From Chiloscyllium plagiosum (taxonomy: Eukaryota): 64,000 bases of DNA. The position numbers and the translations under genes are program-made. The stretch covers positions 63,279,168 through 63,343,167 of the forward strand of contig NC_057717.1 of NCBI RefSeq assembly GCF_004010195.1, given 5' to 3'. Of the stretch, positions 11,901 through 25,420 are shown one piece after another (position 1 is the first letter of the stretch; every line of letters begins with the position of its first letter). The notes under the pieces were generated by a model. That model ran no database searches, was not told the origin of the DNA, and saw nothing but the letters and a program-made list of their open reading frames with translations.

Positions 11901-14126
11901 GGTCAGGAAACAGTCTGACACTGCCATACTCACAGAATCATGCCTGATGGGTAATATTGAATGAAGCTGCATCACCATCCCTGGTTATATGCTGTCCCGC
12001 GGGCAGGGCACACCCACCAGTGGTGGGAAAATCCTCGGGGATAATGTCAGGAAAGGAGTTACCCTGCAATTCACCAACATTGATTTCAGAACCCAGGAAA
12101 TCTCATGGTAACAGGTCCAGAAATTCTCCTGATGGTCGGCATCTTCTGATTTCCATACCACCCCTTGGTAATAACTCAATTCCTCAGAGGAAGCACTGAA
12201 GGTGACAAGGAAATAGAACACACTCAGGGTGTGGGACTTCAATGTCCATTAGAAAGCGTGTCTCCACAGATCCACCACGGACTGAGCGGACAGAAGCCTC
12301 TCATACGCAGCAGCCAGTCTGTGGGAAGTGATGGGGGAAACGACAAGAAGGAAGCATTCTCAACATACACCTTGACACAGATGGATCTGTCTCTGACAAC
12401 GTCTGTAGGAATTCCGAGCAGACAGTTCGGATGGAGAGAATGTCTCAGTCTCATTCTGAAGATATTGCCCACTCTGCTATGTGGCACTACCTCCTGTGAA
12501 GTAGGACATTCTTCTGAAAGTCTAAGCAAATATAAACTGGGTATCCATCAGTTAATTTAGTTCATCAGCAGCTGCAGCATCAATGCAGTTCCCTCCATCA
12601 AAAGGTCAGAAGTAGGCTGTTCACTGATTGTTCCAAAAACTTCAGCAACATTCATTACTGCGCAAAAACTGAAGCAGTCTATTTAGCACATCAAGTGTTT
12701 TACATGGGAACGAAATGAGACCATTCAGCCATTCGAGCCTTTTACTCAGCAATTGGAACAGATCTTTTAACTCTCATGGCTGTTACACTGTGAATGAAAG
12801 GGAATATTCAGCATTCCAAAGTAGCTACATATGAATGGGGTATTACAGGTCATTGAGCCAGAAATAGGAATAATATAGGGATAAATCGTTTATTATTATT
12901 TTAACACAAATCAATGACTGCAATGGCAGAGTGACCAATGCTGGGCAACAACTATTTGCAAACGATATCAAAGATTTTGATATATGCAAAAGATGTATTC
13001 TAACTAAGATAGTTAGAAACTGAAGTTATCAAAAAGTGGTCGAGGCACTCTGATTGTATAAGCAAAGGACAACAATTTGGCAGCTGGAAAATAACATGTT
13101 TAAACGTGAATCTTTGAACTTTTCAGTAAGAATGAAATGCAGTATGCTACTGAAAGAGAAAGAGATGACAGGACTCAGCGACACAGTGATTACTGCAGGG
13201 TTCACTCTGAACAGTTCAGACATGGGAAGTGTTATTCCATCTCCCTGATAGTCTTCTCCCTGACATTTCCAGTGGTCGCATTGCTCTCATTCCACACTGA
13301 ACATTTTCATGTGGTTTCTTGGCGGTGTGAAGTAGTGAGGGGGAGCATGTTTTGAACTATGTACCAAGGGGAAAGCCTTTAGCCTCGAGGACATCTTTTC
13401 TTTCTACGTGAAGACACAAAGTCGATGGGAATTGCTGACTGCTTCTGAATAAAGAGACTGTGGCTGCTGCCATAAACAGTGTGAATTCACAAACATGATG
13501 TACTGTCCATGGGTACACTGCAACATTAATAGATTGAGAGACGGAGGTTCCAAACACAAGAAGGAGAACATAAATAAAACGCAGTGTCAGATCAACTTAA
13601 GTGGTTAGTCATATCAAGAGGGCCTATCTAGTCAGGGCACAGTACTGCTTAGATGAAGCTATGCTCGGTTCAACCCCAGCAGTGCATTGATCTATAAATC
13701 CGGAAGGGATGTCTGTCCAACATCGGGAGCTATGCCGTGAATTAATCTAAAAAAACTCTCCAGCAAGGGGAGCTATGCTGACCACAGCAGTACGATTGCA
13801 TCCAGGCCACTCTGAGTGAAGCACTTTGGAAGAGGTTGAGATGAAGGTAATATCAATTTATCTATCTTTCAATGTGTTTTGATGCACTTTTCCAAATTGC
13901 AGTGAGAATGGATGAAAAAGTCCTGAAATAAAGCCGATGGCAGCATACAGGACAGTAATGGTCATGTTCATCTCCCTCTGTTCATATTTCAGGGACAGCA
14001 TTGCAAGGAATCGGACAAAACTGCTCTGAGTCTCCAAGTTATATGTGGAAGAACGAAAGTGCGTGAAATATGATGCGTGAAACATGAAAGGAAACAGCGT
14101 GAAATATGAAGGATAGCGGCAGGGCA
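11451..14126 (-). repeat. Arm B of inverted segmental duplication (partner 1-2763)
   Basis: Reverse-complement match to 1-2763, including the same repeat-repeat junctions. By eye roughly 85-90% identical with small indels. Confidence 0.93.
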
Positions 14127-14297
14127 GGAACTCATCTGCTTTCACCCACTTGGTGTCTCTCATTTTTATTCTGCTTTCTGGTGTCTTTTTCCTGCACAAC
14201 CTTTTATTTTTTAAAAATGACTCCAATGTTAATGGTGAAGGTGAATCCCAGAACAGAGGCTTGCTTAGGGAGTCAAGGCCTCGCGATTTAATGCACA

Positions 14298-14430
14298 GTG
14301 CGGCCTGGAGACTGGGCTTTGTGTATTTTGGAGACTGGGATGGTGCGTCCTGGACACTGGGCCTAGTGCGGTTTAGAGACTGGGACTGGTGTGTTCTCGA
14401 TACGAGCGCCGGTGCTGTCCAGAAACTCGT
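14298..14430 (+). repeat. Degenerate ~22-23 bp minisatellite (about 6 units, GTGCGxCCTGGAGACTGGGxxx)
   Basis: Units gtgcggcctggagactgggcttt / gtgtattttggagactgggatg / gtgcgtcctggacactgggccta / gtgcggtttagagactgggactg / gtgtgttctcgatacgagcgccg. Confidence 0.7.
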
Positions 14431-14829
14431 TGCTGGCACACACTTGGGCGTAAGGGTCAGTAATTCGAATCCGTTCTTTTTACCTTATTATTCTTCTGCA
14501 CCAAATACTGAAGAAAGTGTACCGAGATTTCTTGCAACTGAGATGGTGTCATAAGCGAAGAGTTTACTAAAATTTCATGCTTTTGTTAGTGTGCACGTGA
14601 CAATGTAGCGAATTTAATTCAAAGCTGAGAGAGTCACTGTCTTTGGTGCCTTTTCCCAACAAAGCTGCTGCTTCTCAAATGGACTGCGGCGGCCAGCACA
14701 GAATGGTAATACATCACTTGAAACACAAAAGGTTTGACAGAGAGACACACACAAAACCATAAACACAAAATTATATGGAATTATTCCTATTCCGTCCCTC
14801 ATTCTGGCCTCACCTTTATTTCATCTTGG

Positions 14830-17530
14830 AAATTAGGGAAGGGCAAGTGACTGTGCTGTTAGAGTGCGAGCACTTTCGGACCAATGACTAGAATTCTACT
14901 AGTTTGAATATAGTTCTGGAAAAGGATAGGCCTGTTTCACAAGTTAATATTGCAAATTGGGACATGGCCAATTGTGATGGCATTGGGCATGAACTTTCAA
15001 AAGATGATTCGGGGGAAGCTGGTCTCAGATAAAAGTACATCTGGCAAATGAGAGTTTTTCAAAACGAGATAGTGAGAGCTCAGAGACAGCATGTTCCTGT
15101 CAGTGTGAAGAGCAGGGAACAAGACATGACAGGGTACATTGATGGTCCAGTCATGGGAAAGGAATAAGGTGTATATTAGGAATAGGGAGCTGGGATCATG
15201 AATCCCATGAGCATATGGGGTGTAGTAGAAGGGCAAAAAGGAAGCATGAGATAGCTGTCGCTGATAAAATTAAGGGAAATGGAAAGCGATTATTTAAATA
15301 TATTAAAGGTTGACGAGAAACTAGAGAGAGAGTAGGGTGCCCTTTAAATCAAACAGCCATGTATATGCAGTTTCACAGGAGATGAATTAGATTTATTAGT
15401 GTCATTGTCAACGTACTCACATGAGACAGTGAAAAGTTTGCATGTCTGCACAGGTGATATAATCGTAGGTACAAAATTACATACACACACGCCTCTCATG
15501 TACAGAATCTTGTTACAAAGCAGAAGATAAAGAAAAGAAAGTTAAAATGTAAAACATTGCAGCCCTTCCTGTAAAAGAGGTAAAAAACATAGAAACACAG
15601 TTAACAGTTCAACAGCACAACCCACAAATGCCTGGCAATGCCGGGCTCACACTCCTCACAAGGAATCGCCCTCCCCCGCTGCCTTACAGCCTCTTACTGT
15701 TCCATGGGTGAGATTCCAAATGAATATATAATGTCAATATTGACAATGGAAAAAACATGGAAGCGAGGGAACTCGGGGAAATAAAAATAACTGATTTTTG
15801 AAACGTGACCACATTTCAGAAGAAGAAATGCTGGAGGTCATAAAATGCATAATCGTAGATAAGTACCCGGGATCCGTTCACGTGTATTCCAGGCCTTTGC
15901 AGAAAGCTGGGGAAGAAACTGCGGGGTCACTAGCTGAGATATTCTTGTCATTCGTCAGCGTTCTGAGGAAGGATCACTGGACCTGAAACTTTAGCTTTGA
16001 TTTTTCTGCACAAATTCTGCCAGATCTGCTGAGCTTTTGCAGGACCTTCTGACCTTGTGTCTGATTTGTAGAAACTGCAGTTGTTCCGAATTAAATTTGT
16101 ACCACTGACAGCCACGGGTGAGGTGCTGGAAGACTGGAAAACAGTTAATGTTGTTACATCATATATAAAACAAAGTCTGCAATGAAAAGCCATGGAACTA
16201 CAGACTCGTGAGTCTGATGTCAGGTGTGGTTAAGTGTTTGTAGAAGATTCTCAGAGTCAGGATTTACATGCATTTCGAAAGGCAAGGACTGCCATAATAG
16301 TCGGCATGTTTTTATGAGTGGGGAAGTGTGTATCACAAACTAGATTGCAATTTTTGAAGAGGTGACCTCGAAGGTAGCATCAGTTATCTCCGAACTCCAT
16401 AGTGAGGCCCAACAAAATTCCATACGGTAGATTGATTAAGAAGGTTAAATCACAGGGGAGCCGAGATGGCTAGCGAATCAGATTCAAAAATGGCTTGACA
16501 GTAAAACACCGAGGGCGCTGGGAGAGATTAGTTGTTCGAATTGGACGCCTGTGACCAGCGGTGTGCCACAGTGACCAGATTGCTGTTGTTCATTGTTTTC
16601 GTAATACATTTGGATGACAATATAGGAACCATGGATAGTTTGCAGACGATACAAAAGATTTGTGTGATAACGGACAGTGAAGAAGTTTATCAAAATGAAC
16701 AGTGAGATCTTGGTCTACTGGGTCAGTAGTCTGAGGTATGGTAGATGGAGCTTCATGCAGATAAATGTGAGACATTGCATTTTGTTAGACAATCCAGGGC
16801 AGTTTATAATCACTTAACGGTAGGGACCTGAGGAGTGTTATTGAACAGAGGGAAACAGGGACCAGCTACTTAGTTCCTTGAAAGTAGAGTCGCAGGTAGA
16901 CAGGGCTGTGAAGAAGGCGTTAGCACTGAGTAAATGAATTGGGGCATTATGCTGTGGCTATACAAGGGAATGGTAGGGCCACATTTGCATCAATGAGTAC
17001 AATTCTTATTGGCCTGCTGCAGAAATAATGCTATAAACTGGAAAGGGGATTAAATATTTAAAATTATGGTGTGGATACGGGAGGTTTTGAGATGTATGGA
17101 TGGCCTGGGATTTTGTTAGTTTTGCCTTGGAGGCTGGGGGTGACTTATTACAGGTTTATAACATCGTGATGGCATAGATAGGATGAATAGCAATGTCCTT
17201 TCCCCAGGATTGGGGGGGGGGGGATCCAAAACCAGAGAGGTTATGTTGAATATAAGAGAGGAGAGATTTAAAAGAAATCTAAGGGGCAGCTGTTTCTCAC
17301 AGTGGGTGGTGCATTAATGTAGCGCACTGTCAGAGGAAGGAGTATTGTTGAGTACAATTACAACATTTAAAAGACAATTTGATGGGTACCTGAATAGGGA
17401 AATGTTTGGAGGTGTATTTGCCTAAAGAAGAAAAATAGAACTAATTGAAATCAGGAAAACTGGTGAGCATGGACGAGTTGGGTCGAATGTTCTGTCTGAA
17501 TATTGCACGACTCTGACAGTCTATGACTCA
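14830..17530 (+). mobile_element. Long degenerate CR1 LINE (ORF2 to 3' end) interrupted by younger insertions (~15385-15700, ~15955-16100)
   Basis: VDKYPGSVHVYSRPL (DKSPGPD..YPR), CCATGGAACTACAGACTCGTGAGTCTG (PGNYRPVSL), GTGACCAGCGGTGTGCCACAG (VTSGVPQ), TTTGCAGACGATACAAA (FADDTK) and a 3' tail CTCTGACAGTCTATGACTC. Confidence 0.85.
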
Positions 17531-17749
17531 ATTATTCATCACCAATTCATTACTGCAATCAATTCATTTAGAAGTCAAAACATCCTCTGTCCATGCTTTC
17601 AAAGTCTAGCTTTCTGACATTCCTTAAATAGAGAATTCGTAACATTGATGTGGTGCTGGAAACCACAACATCAGCAGAAACAAAATTATATTCAACCACA
17701 ATCTGAAACCTTTTTACCCAGGATAATCTATCATTACTATCAAGCTGCT

Positions 17750-18490
17750 CTATGTTTCAATAACGAGTTGGGGTGAACATGCCAGAGTCAGAACCATGTG
17801 TAGCAAAAACTGACGATAGCCAGATGTAGCTACTTCACTTATTGCATACGTTCCAAACAACAGGATGAAAATCTGATAGACAGAGCGCAACGATCCCAAG
17901 ATCAACAGACCAACTGTTCTGCAAACTCTAGTCATAAATGATGATGGATGGTTTATCGACTGACTGCAGGAGATTGCTCTGCAATTAACCCCATGCTAAT
18001 TAATGTAACAGACCTGTACATAGTGCAAAAGGCAAGGATGTAGTCTCTGCACCATCCTCAGCCAGAAGCGTTGAGTCAGAGATCCACCTCACCTTTGCCA
18101 TGAAGCCCATAGGATCACCCATGGCAGCCTTCAACAAATTCGACTCGCTGCACATGACATGAAGAAACAGCTGGACACAATAGATATGGCAAAGTCAATG
18201 GGCCTGACACGACTCCTGCAATAGGAATGAAGACTTCTGCTGCACAACAAGCCGTGTACCAGGGAAAGCTGCTTCATTCCAGCTCCAACTCTGACAGCTC
18301 CCTTGCGATGAGGAACATTACTCAACTATTTCCATTCCGGTAAGAGGGAAATAATTACAATCTAAAATATTACTATCCCCTCAGTCTCATAACGATCGTC
18401 AAATCTTTGGAAATTCTTTTTGAGAGAGCTGTCAAGCAGCACAGAAATAACCTGCTCAAAGTGGTTTCGTTTGGGTCCCCATGTGGAGGT
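17750..18490 (+). mobile_element. Degenerate non-LTR RT fragment of a second LINE family
   Basis: GGCAAAGTCAATGGGCCTGACACG (KAxGPD), TATTACTATCCCCTCAGTCTC (NYRPISL) and TTTGGGT (QFGF) remnants; same family as the host element at 38480-43980. Confidence 0.6.
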
Positions 18491-18509
18491 GGAGCTGTCG
18501 TGCAAGTGT

Positions 18510-18760
18510 CACTGGATTGCTCATCTATACAGGGCTAATGTTATGGCAGGTGGCGGAAGTTTAAAACAATTAATAATATATCGACATCTAAAATCTGGTG
18601 TCAGTAATCGAGACGTGAATCCAATGTCGATCCAATGTCAGTTTGCTTCCCCATTATACTTTCAGGAGAAAATCTCCCGTGACTTGCTGGTCTGGCCTAA
18701 AAGTGAATCCAGACACAGACATCTGATAAGCTCTTCTACTCCAAGGTCTTAAAGTATAAA
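18510..18760 (+). mobile_element. Degenerate Deu-domain-type SINE (SacSINE/AmnSINE-like); homolog at ~21800-22070, another copy on the minus strand at ~29800-30000
   Basis: GAAAATCTCCCGTGACTTGCTGGTCTGGCCTAAAAGTGAATCCAGACACAG resembles the Deu domain as I recall it (GGAAATCTGCC..CCTGGTCTGGCCTACATGTGACTCCAGAC). Confidence 0.5.
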
Positions 18761-18894
18761 ACCGGTCAGAACATCCGGCACCAGCCTCAGTATCAGAAAA
18801 GGGAATGGTAAACACAATTATGCCGACTCTTCAGAAGCATATTTCCTAACATCTGAGAGTTTGTGACAACATTTACAGAGCTTACCCACAGATT

Positions 18895-20640
18895 TCACAG
18901 AAACATCGGGAAAGGAGTAGGTCAATCAACAAATTGAGCCTTCCCTATCTAGTTCACAAGTGAACATCTCTCCATTGTATCTCACCCCCACAATGCACGC
19001 ATCGCTTCAAATGATTAACCATTGGACAATATATTAAATATTAACATCAGCAATCCTTTCAATCCATCGTTTTGTTCGCCTATTCAACAAAATGATGCTT
19101 TATCCTTTATCTTCACAACATAGTCCTGTGCTATCTCTATCCCTTTAGTGTCTCAACATCATTATTTATATTTAGTGCCTTTGCTTCCACAGCTTGATGT
19201 GAGAGGGAGTTTCCCAGGTTCACCAGTCTCTGAGTGCACAGACGTATTCTCATCTCAATGCAGAGTGGCCTTCTGTATCGAATGTTGTGGCATGCTGTTT
19301 TATACGTCCCAGTCAGGGGAATTATCACCGCTGCTTCAAATCTGTCTGGCTCTGTCAGAGATTTATATATTTCATTGAGATTTCTACTCATTTTCTGAAA
19401 CCCAATGAAGCACAGATCCAGTCGAAACAAAGTCTGCTCCCACAACAAGTCGGTCATCCCAGAGTTCAGTCCGGTCATCCTTCACTGCACTCCCTCAATG
19501 TCACGTTTATCCGGCATTACTTAAGGAGATCAAAACTGCAAACAATACCGCACACTGTTCGAAATGATGTCTCACTATGGCCCTGTACAACTGCAGTAAA
19601 ACAAGCTTACTCTTGTGCTCAATACCCGTTGAAATGAATTGCAACACAACATTTGTCTTCCTAATTGCTGTCTGCTCCGGCAATATTGCTTTCAGTGGCT
19701 GATGTGCAAGGAGATGCAGATCCTATTCAGTTACAACTACCCACTTGGTGTGTCTCTGTACACTGGTCAGTGTGCCACTGCCATTCGCGGCATTGACTTC
19801 TGGCTTCAGAACTCGCTGCGCTGTGTGAACCTCGGAGGCCTGTAAAGAAGGGAATAAGAAAGGAGCATGGTCCCTTTATAGAACCACATTTTTTGTGCAA
19901 TCCATTTAAAACAAAGCAGGCTAGTATTCTATTCTTCCCACTAAAGTACACATCGTCACATCTACCCACATTGCTCTCCACCTGCAAAGTATTTGTCCAT
20001 TAACACCACCTGTCTCAGTCACCTGCGAGTTTCTGTTATGTTCTCCTCACCCACTCACAAGCCGACATCGTGTATTGCCATCAGCGGGCTTGGAAATATT
20101 ATTTTGGACTCCAGCAACCAAGGTTTGAAATTTATTGGCAATACCTGAGGTGCAACACCAATCCCTGTGATCCCGCACGATACTTGCATCCCATAAAAGA
20201 GTGCCATTAATGTTTACACTGGTTCCTGTCAACTCTCCCCTTTTAAAACCATGTTCATATATTAGCCCATACCCATTAGATTTGATTTTGCAAAGTAGGC
20301 GTGGGACTTTATCAGAAATCTTTCTGAAAATCGAAGTGCACTGCATCCACTGCTTTTCCATAAGGTGCCGAACAGTCAATTTCTCAAAGATGACTCTCAT
20401 TTCATAGATCTACGTTTACTTTATCTCTATTCTTCTGAATCACATTGCCCTAGGCCTTCTCTGCTCCAATATAAACAACGTTCTCCATCGCCGGGAACAC
20501 CCTGGTGAATCTCCAATGCATCCCTTCCGGTGCAATCACTTCATTCCTGTGAAGTGGCTCCCAGAACTGCACACATTATTCCATCTTGGCCGAACAAAGG
20601 TCCTTGATAGCTCTTGTAAACTGAGCCGCGCGAATATAGA
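18895..20640 (-). mobile_element. Degenerate CR1 LINE 3' portion(s)
   Basis: Minus-strand ORFs ..QRLVNLGNSLSHQAVEAK (19137..19478) and IFRKISDKVPRLLCKIK (20047..20400). Confidence 0.75.
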
Positions 20641-20757
20641 AAATAGCTATTGTCCACAATGACTTATTACAAACTTTGTATCACGTGTATTCACATTCAA
20701 GGACCTGTGGAAAAGCGCTCTCTGAACATCCTAGTGTGCTGCCATTCATTGAGTACA

Positions 20758-21090
20758 TGGGGCGACACGGTGCCTCAGTGGTTAGCACTTCTTTCTCGCA
20801 GTGGAAGCGACCAGGATTTGATTCCCGCCACGGGGAAATCTCTGTGTGGAGTTTGCACATTCTCCCCATACTTGTGTGGGTTTCCACCAGCTGCTCCAAT
20901 TTCCTCCCACAATCCAAAGATGTGCAGGTCAAGTGAAAAGACCATGATAAATTGCGCAAAGTGTTAGGTGCATTAGTCTCGGATAAATATCGGTTATGAG
21001 AATGGGACTGTGTGGGTACTCTTCAGAGCGTCAGTGTGGACTTGTTGGACCAAAGGGCCTGTTTCCATACTGTAAGAAATTAAATCTAAC
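20758..21090 (+). mobile_element. tRNA-derived SINE (HE1/V-SINE type), full length, diverged
   Basis: Head GGCGACACGGTGCCTCAGTGGTTAGCAC (A box), decayed B box GATTTGATTCC, V-domain CTGTGTGGAGTTTGCACATTCTCCCC and CR1-derived tail GGACCAAAGGGCCTGTTTCCATACTGTA..ATCTAA. Confidence 0.9.
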
Positions 21091-21629
21091 CCCTGTCTGG
21101 TTCCTTCTTCCAAAGTGCATCACCTCATATTTATCAGGGTTACATTCCATTGCCATTCATCTGTCCATCTGACCATTCCGACTATATCTTCCTGTAACAC
21201 AAGACTTTCCTCCTCGCTGTCAAACATGCACTTACTAATGACACTCCTCCAATCTCACGCCTGCATCATTTATGAAATCCGTTAATAATAAGGGACACAG
21301 CACTGATTCCTGTGGTAAACCACTGGACACTGGTCTCCAGTTACACAAACATCATTCTGCCACCTCCCTCTGTCTCCTTCCATTTAAGACAATTTTGGAT
21401 ATAACTTACCAAGATACCACTGATAACATGAAATTTTCCTTATTTTTTCAGTTTTTCATGTGGGGCTTTGTCAAACGTTGCTGAGAAACCCATTAAATGA
21501 ATTCCTTGAAAATTTTCAACACAATTTCTTAAGGCATCTCTTCGCTCTGATAAAGCCATGCTGACTATCCCTGATCAAACATCGCCTTTCAAATGGAGAT
21601 CAATTTTCTCCCTACCTATTTACTCTCTC

Positions 21630-21796
21630 ACTATAAATGCCGGAGGAAACATCACAGAAGCGCTTCACAGGAGGCTGCCAAGCACTGGGGATGTCACCTA
21701 GACAGGGGACGAAACGGCTGCAGCACAAATTCCCAGCTCGGCGAACAGAACCACTACAACGAGCACCCGAGCTACAAATCTTCTCTCAACTTTGAA
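21630..21796 (+). mobile_element. Solo Penelope pseudo-LTR
   Basis: Near-identical to the 3' ends of the Penelope copies at 40250-40393 and 52700-52868 (CACTATAAATGCCGGAGG...CTACAAATCTTCTC..AACTTTGAA). Confidence 0.9.
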
Positions 21797-22254
21797 TATT
21801 CTTCCATGTGGAGATGGCGCTTGTGTGGAAATATCACTGGACGACACAAGGCTAATGCTCTGGAGGTTGTTGGAAGTTAAAAACAATTAATAAAACATCG
21901 CGATCTAAGATCTTGTATCGGTAATCGTAACTTTGAAGCCAATGTCGATTGTTCGCACCAAAGGCCATACCCAGTGTGATGTCAGGATGTAGTACTACAT
22001 TGTTTTCTTGATCTTGTCTGAAAGTGACTCCAGACACACAGACATGTGATAAACTCTTCAATGGTCTCTGAGCAAGGCACTCAATTGTATCAAACTGCTC
22101 CGAGTTCTGAAATGATTAAACCTGTTAGAACACACATCACCAGCTTCTGTATCAGAAGAGAGAACGTGAAACACCGTCATGTTGATCCTGCAGAGCTTTT
22201 CTTCTGAACATCCGAGAGCTTGTGACAACACTTACAGAGCTATCCAACGGACTG

Positions 22255-23660
22255 CACAGAAACAGAGGACAAGGAGTAGGCCATTGAAAACATTGAACAA
22301 ATACCATTCTAGTTCATGGCCGAAATTGTCTTCAATACCCTTTTCTCACACATTGTACGCATCCTTTAACGTGATCTTCTCACACAAGGAAGTTATCAAT
22401 TATTGACCATTCGAAGCACTTAAAGTAGGAACTGCAGGTATCCTTTCAGTACATGATTTTTCTATCCCGTTCAGTATAACAAAGCCTGACAAATTATTTC
22501 CAAACCACACACCTGCAATTTCGCAATCCCTTTCGGGTCTAGAATCACTTAGTTATATTCAGTGCCTTGGTTTCACAGCCGAACGTGGAAGAGATTTTAA
22601 CAGGTTTACCAGTGTCTGAATACTGGCCTTTACTCTCAACACAATGCAGAGTGGCTTGCCTGTACCGAATACTCTGGTTCATTGTTTTAAACTTTCCAGC
22701 CAGGGCAATCACCATCCCTGCTTCCAATCTGTCTCACCCTGTCAGCATGTTACATTTTTCACTGAGATCACCTCTCATGTTATTCGAAAACCCATGTCAT
22801 TCAGGTCCATTCGACTCAAACCCTGATGCCACAACAAGCCTGTCATCTCAGAGATCAGTCTGGTCATCTTTCCCTGCCCTCCCTCAATGTCATGTTTGCC
22901 CTTTATTAGGTAAGGATTCCAAAACTACACATAATGCTGCACAATGCTTGAGATGAGGTCTCACCACCATTGTGTACAGCTGCAGGAAGACACCCTTAAT
23001 CCTGGACTCAAATACCCCTTATAATGAACGTGAACACACCATTAACGTTCCGACTTGCATTCTGTTCCTGCAATATTGCTTTCAGTGACTTCTGGAGAAG
23101 GAGGTCCAGATCATTTTCAGTGTTACAGCTGCCCACTTGTTGGTCTATGTGTCCTGGTCAGCCAACCCCTATTAAATTGGTGGGCTTCCGTTCTCTGTTT
23201 ACCACCAGAGTGCCCAAAGTCACAGCTGTCCACATTACACTTCATCTTCCACGTGTTTGCTAGTTTACTCCACTTATTTAATCACATTGAAGTACCTTTA
23301 AATTCTCCTCACCAACTCACATTCCAAAATCATATCGTGCCGTCAGCAGATTTGGGAATATTGTATTTGATTCCCAAATGTTTGTGATGTTTCAGCAATA
23401 GCTAGGGCCCAGGTACCAATCTCTGTCATATCACATGTGCCTTCCCCTCCAAAAAAAGCAATATTTTATTCCTACTCACTGATTCCTGCCAGCTGTACAA
23501 TTCTACAACTATGTCGAAATATTAACCACAATCATCAACAGATATTACATTGTACAATAGGCTTCGGCCTATTCAAAAGTCATTCTGAAAGTCCAAATGT
23601 ATTTCATCCTTTGCATCCCCATAATGTACCTACTAGTCAATCTCTCAGATATGATTCCCA
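22255..23660 (-). mobile_element. Degenerate CR1 LINE 3' portion
   Basis: CACAGAAACAGAGGACAAGGAGTAGGCCATT tail, followed by minus-strand ORF2 remnants homologous to 18895-20300. Confidence 0.7.
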
Positions 23661-23914
23661 TTTTGTAAAACTGCTTTAACTTGTCCATACCTATTAGTTT
23701 CATTCTATCCCCTCCCTCTCACCCGGATTGGTTTCCCTAGTATTGCAGTGAACGTTTTTGTTTTCGATTGTTTTGCATCTTCTTTGAAGACAGGACTGAA
23801 GCAGGTGTTCCATAGTTCTGCCATTTCCCTGTTCTCTATTCTCTGCTTTCAGTCTCAAAGGAAGCTGCACTTATTTTCTCTTGAATTGTTTTAGTATATT
23901 AGGAGAAATGTATA

Positions 23915-25420
23915 GAGGAGACATCAGAGGTAGGTTCTTTAGAGTTGTGAATGCATGGAATGCATTGTCTGGGGGGTCGTGGAAGCAGAATCATTAAGGA
24001 CATTGAAGCGACTGCTGGACATGTGCGTGGATATCAGTGAGTTGAGGCGTGCATAGGTTAAATTATTATATTTTGCATTAGGATTACGTCGAGGCACAAC
24101 ACCGTGGGCCGAATGGCCTGTTCTGTGCTGTACTTTTCTATGGTATACGTTCTGCATGTTCGACGATTGACCTCCCATAACCGGACAAGCACAGAGCCAT
24201 AAACTTTGTATCATCATAAATAAAGCACGGTCTATATTACTCCCACTTTCCGACACGAAGCCCGTAGCTGTGAATGTTGTTTTACTTCAAGTGCACGTCC
24301 AAGTGCTTTTTTAACGATTCTGAGGTTACCATGGCAATGCTCCTCTCAGGACATACCTTCCTTTGTTGGATGCAACCATGGCTGACTTGGTAGCATTAAA
24401 TCGAAAAAAGCAAGTGTATAATGGGATGAAAGGCAATCGAAAACGAGAGGATTGGGAAGTCTGCAAAGAATAGTAGATGGCAACAAAGAAATAAAGAGGG
24501 AGAAGATTAAATTATGAGGATAAGCTGGTCCGTAATATAATAGAAGATTGCAAGAGTGTCATTAGATACATAAAGCGCAAGAGCGAGCAAAAGTGGACAT
24601 CGGGCCGCAGGAAAATAACGCTGGAGTTAGCGTAGTGGGAAACAAGGGAATGGCTAAAGAACTGAAAAATAACATCGTGTCAGCCTTCATGGTGGGAGAC
24701 AAGAGTGATATCGAAAACCTTCAAAACTGCCACACTCTGTACTGGCAGATATGAGTATGGTGGCAATAACCAAAGAGAAGGCGCTAGAAAAACTGAATAG
24801 CTGTAACGTGGATAAATTACCTGAAATAGATGCACTACTCACCAGAGTCCTAAGGGAAATTGCTGAATTGCTGAGGCAGTGGAGTCCTTCGACGTGATTT
24901 TTCCGAACTCTCGAGAATCAGGCAGGATCCCAGAGGACTGGAAAGTCGCTAACGAGACTCTCCTGTTTAAGAAGTGAGTAAGGCAAAACATGGAATATTA
25001 CAGACCGATTAGCCTAACCTTGGTCATTGAATTGATTGTGAAGAATGAGGTTTCTGAACACTTGGAAGTGCATGGTTTCATCAAGAGATGTGATGCCTCA
25101 AAGCTTCTACAATTCTCTGAGGAACCAAGGAGCAGCTTAGACCTTGGACTTCAAGATGTCCTTTTGCCAACGACCCGAAAAGGAGACCACGAAGTAAAAT
25201 GAAAGTCCTATGGCAGTACAAGCAAATTGCTAGCATGGATAGACGATTGGCTGTCTGGCAGAGAGCAGACAGTGGGGATAAAAGGGCTTTTTCTCAGAAT
25301 GATTGCAGTTGACTGGTGGTGTCCCGCAAGGCTCCGTGTCAAAACCACAACTTTTTACTTGTTACATTAACAATCGAGATAAGGCAGCTAAGGGCATTCT
25401 GACGATATTTGCAGAAGATA
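23915..25420 (+). mobile_element. CR1 fragments: a 3' end (23915-24160) and an RT region (24370-25420)
   Basis: GGGCCGAATGGCCTGTTCTGTGCTGTACTTTTCTATG tail; YYRPISLTLV (24990..25202); GACTGGTGGTGTCCCGCAAGGCTCCGTG (SGVPQGSV); ATATTTGCAGAAGATAC. Confidence 0.8.

Noticed and set aside
14150-14554. 134-aa (+) and overlapping 193-aa (-) ORFs
   Set aside because: They run across a minisatellite and a repeat tail; no recognisable domain or splice context.
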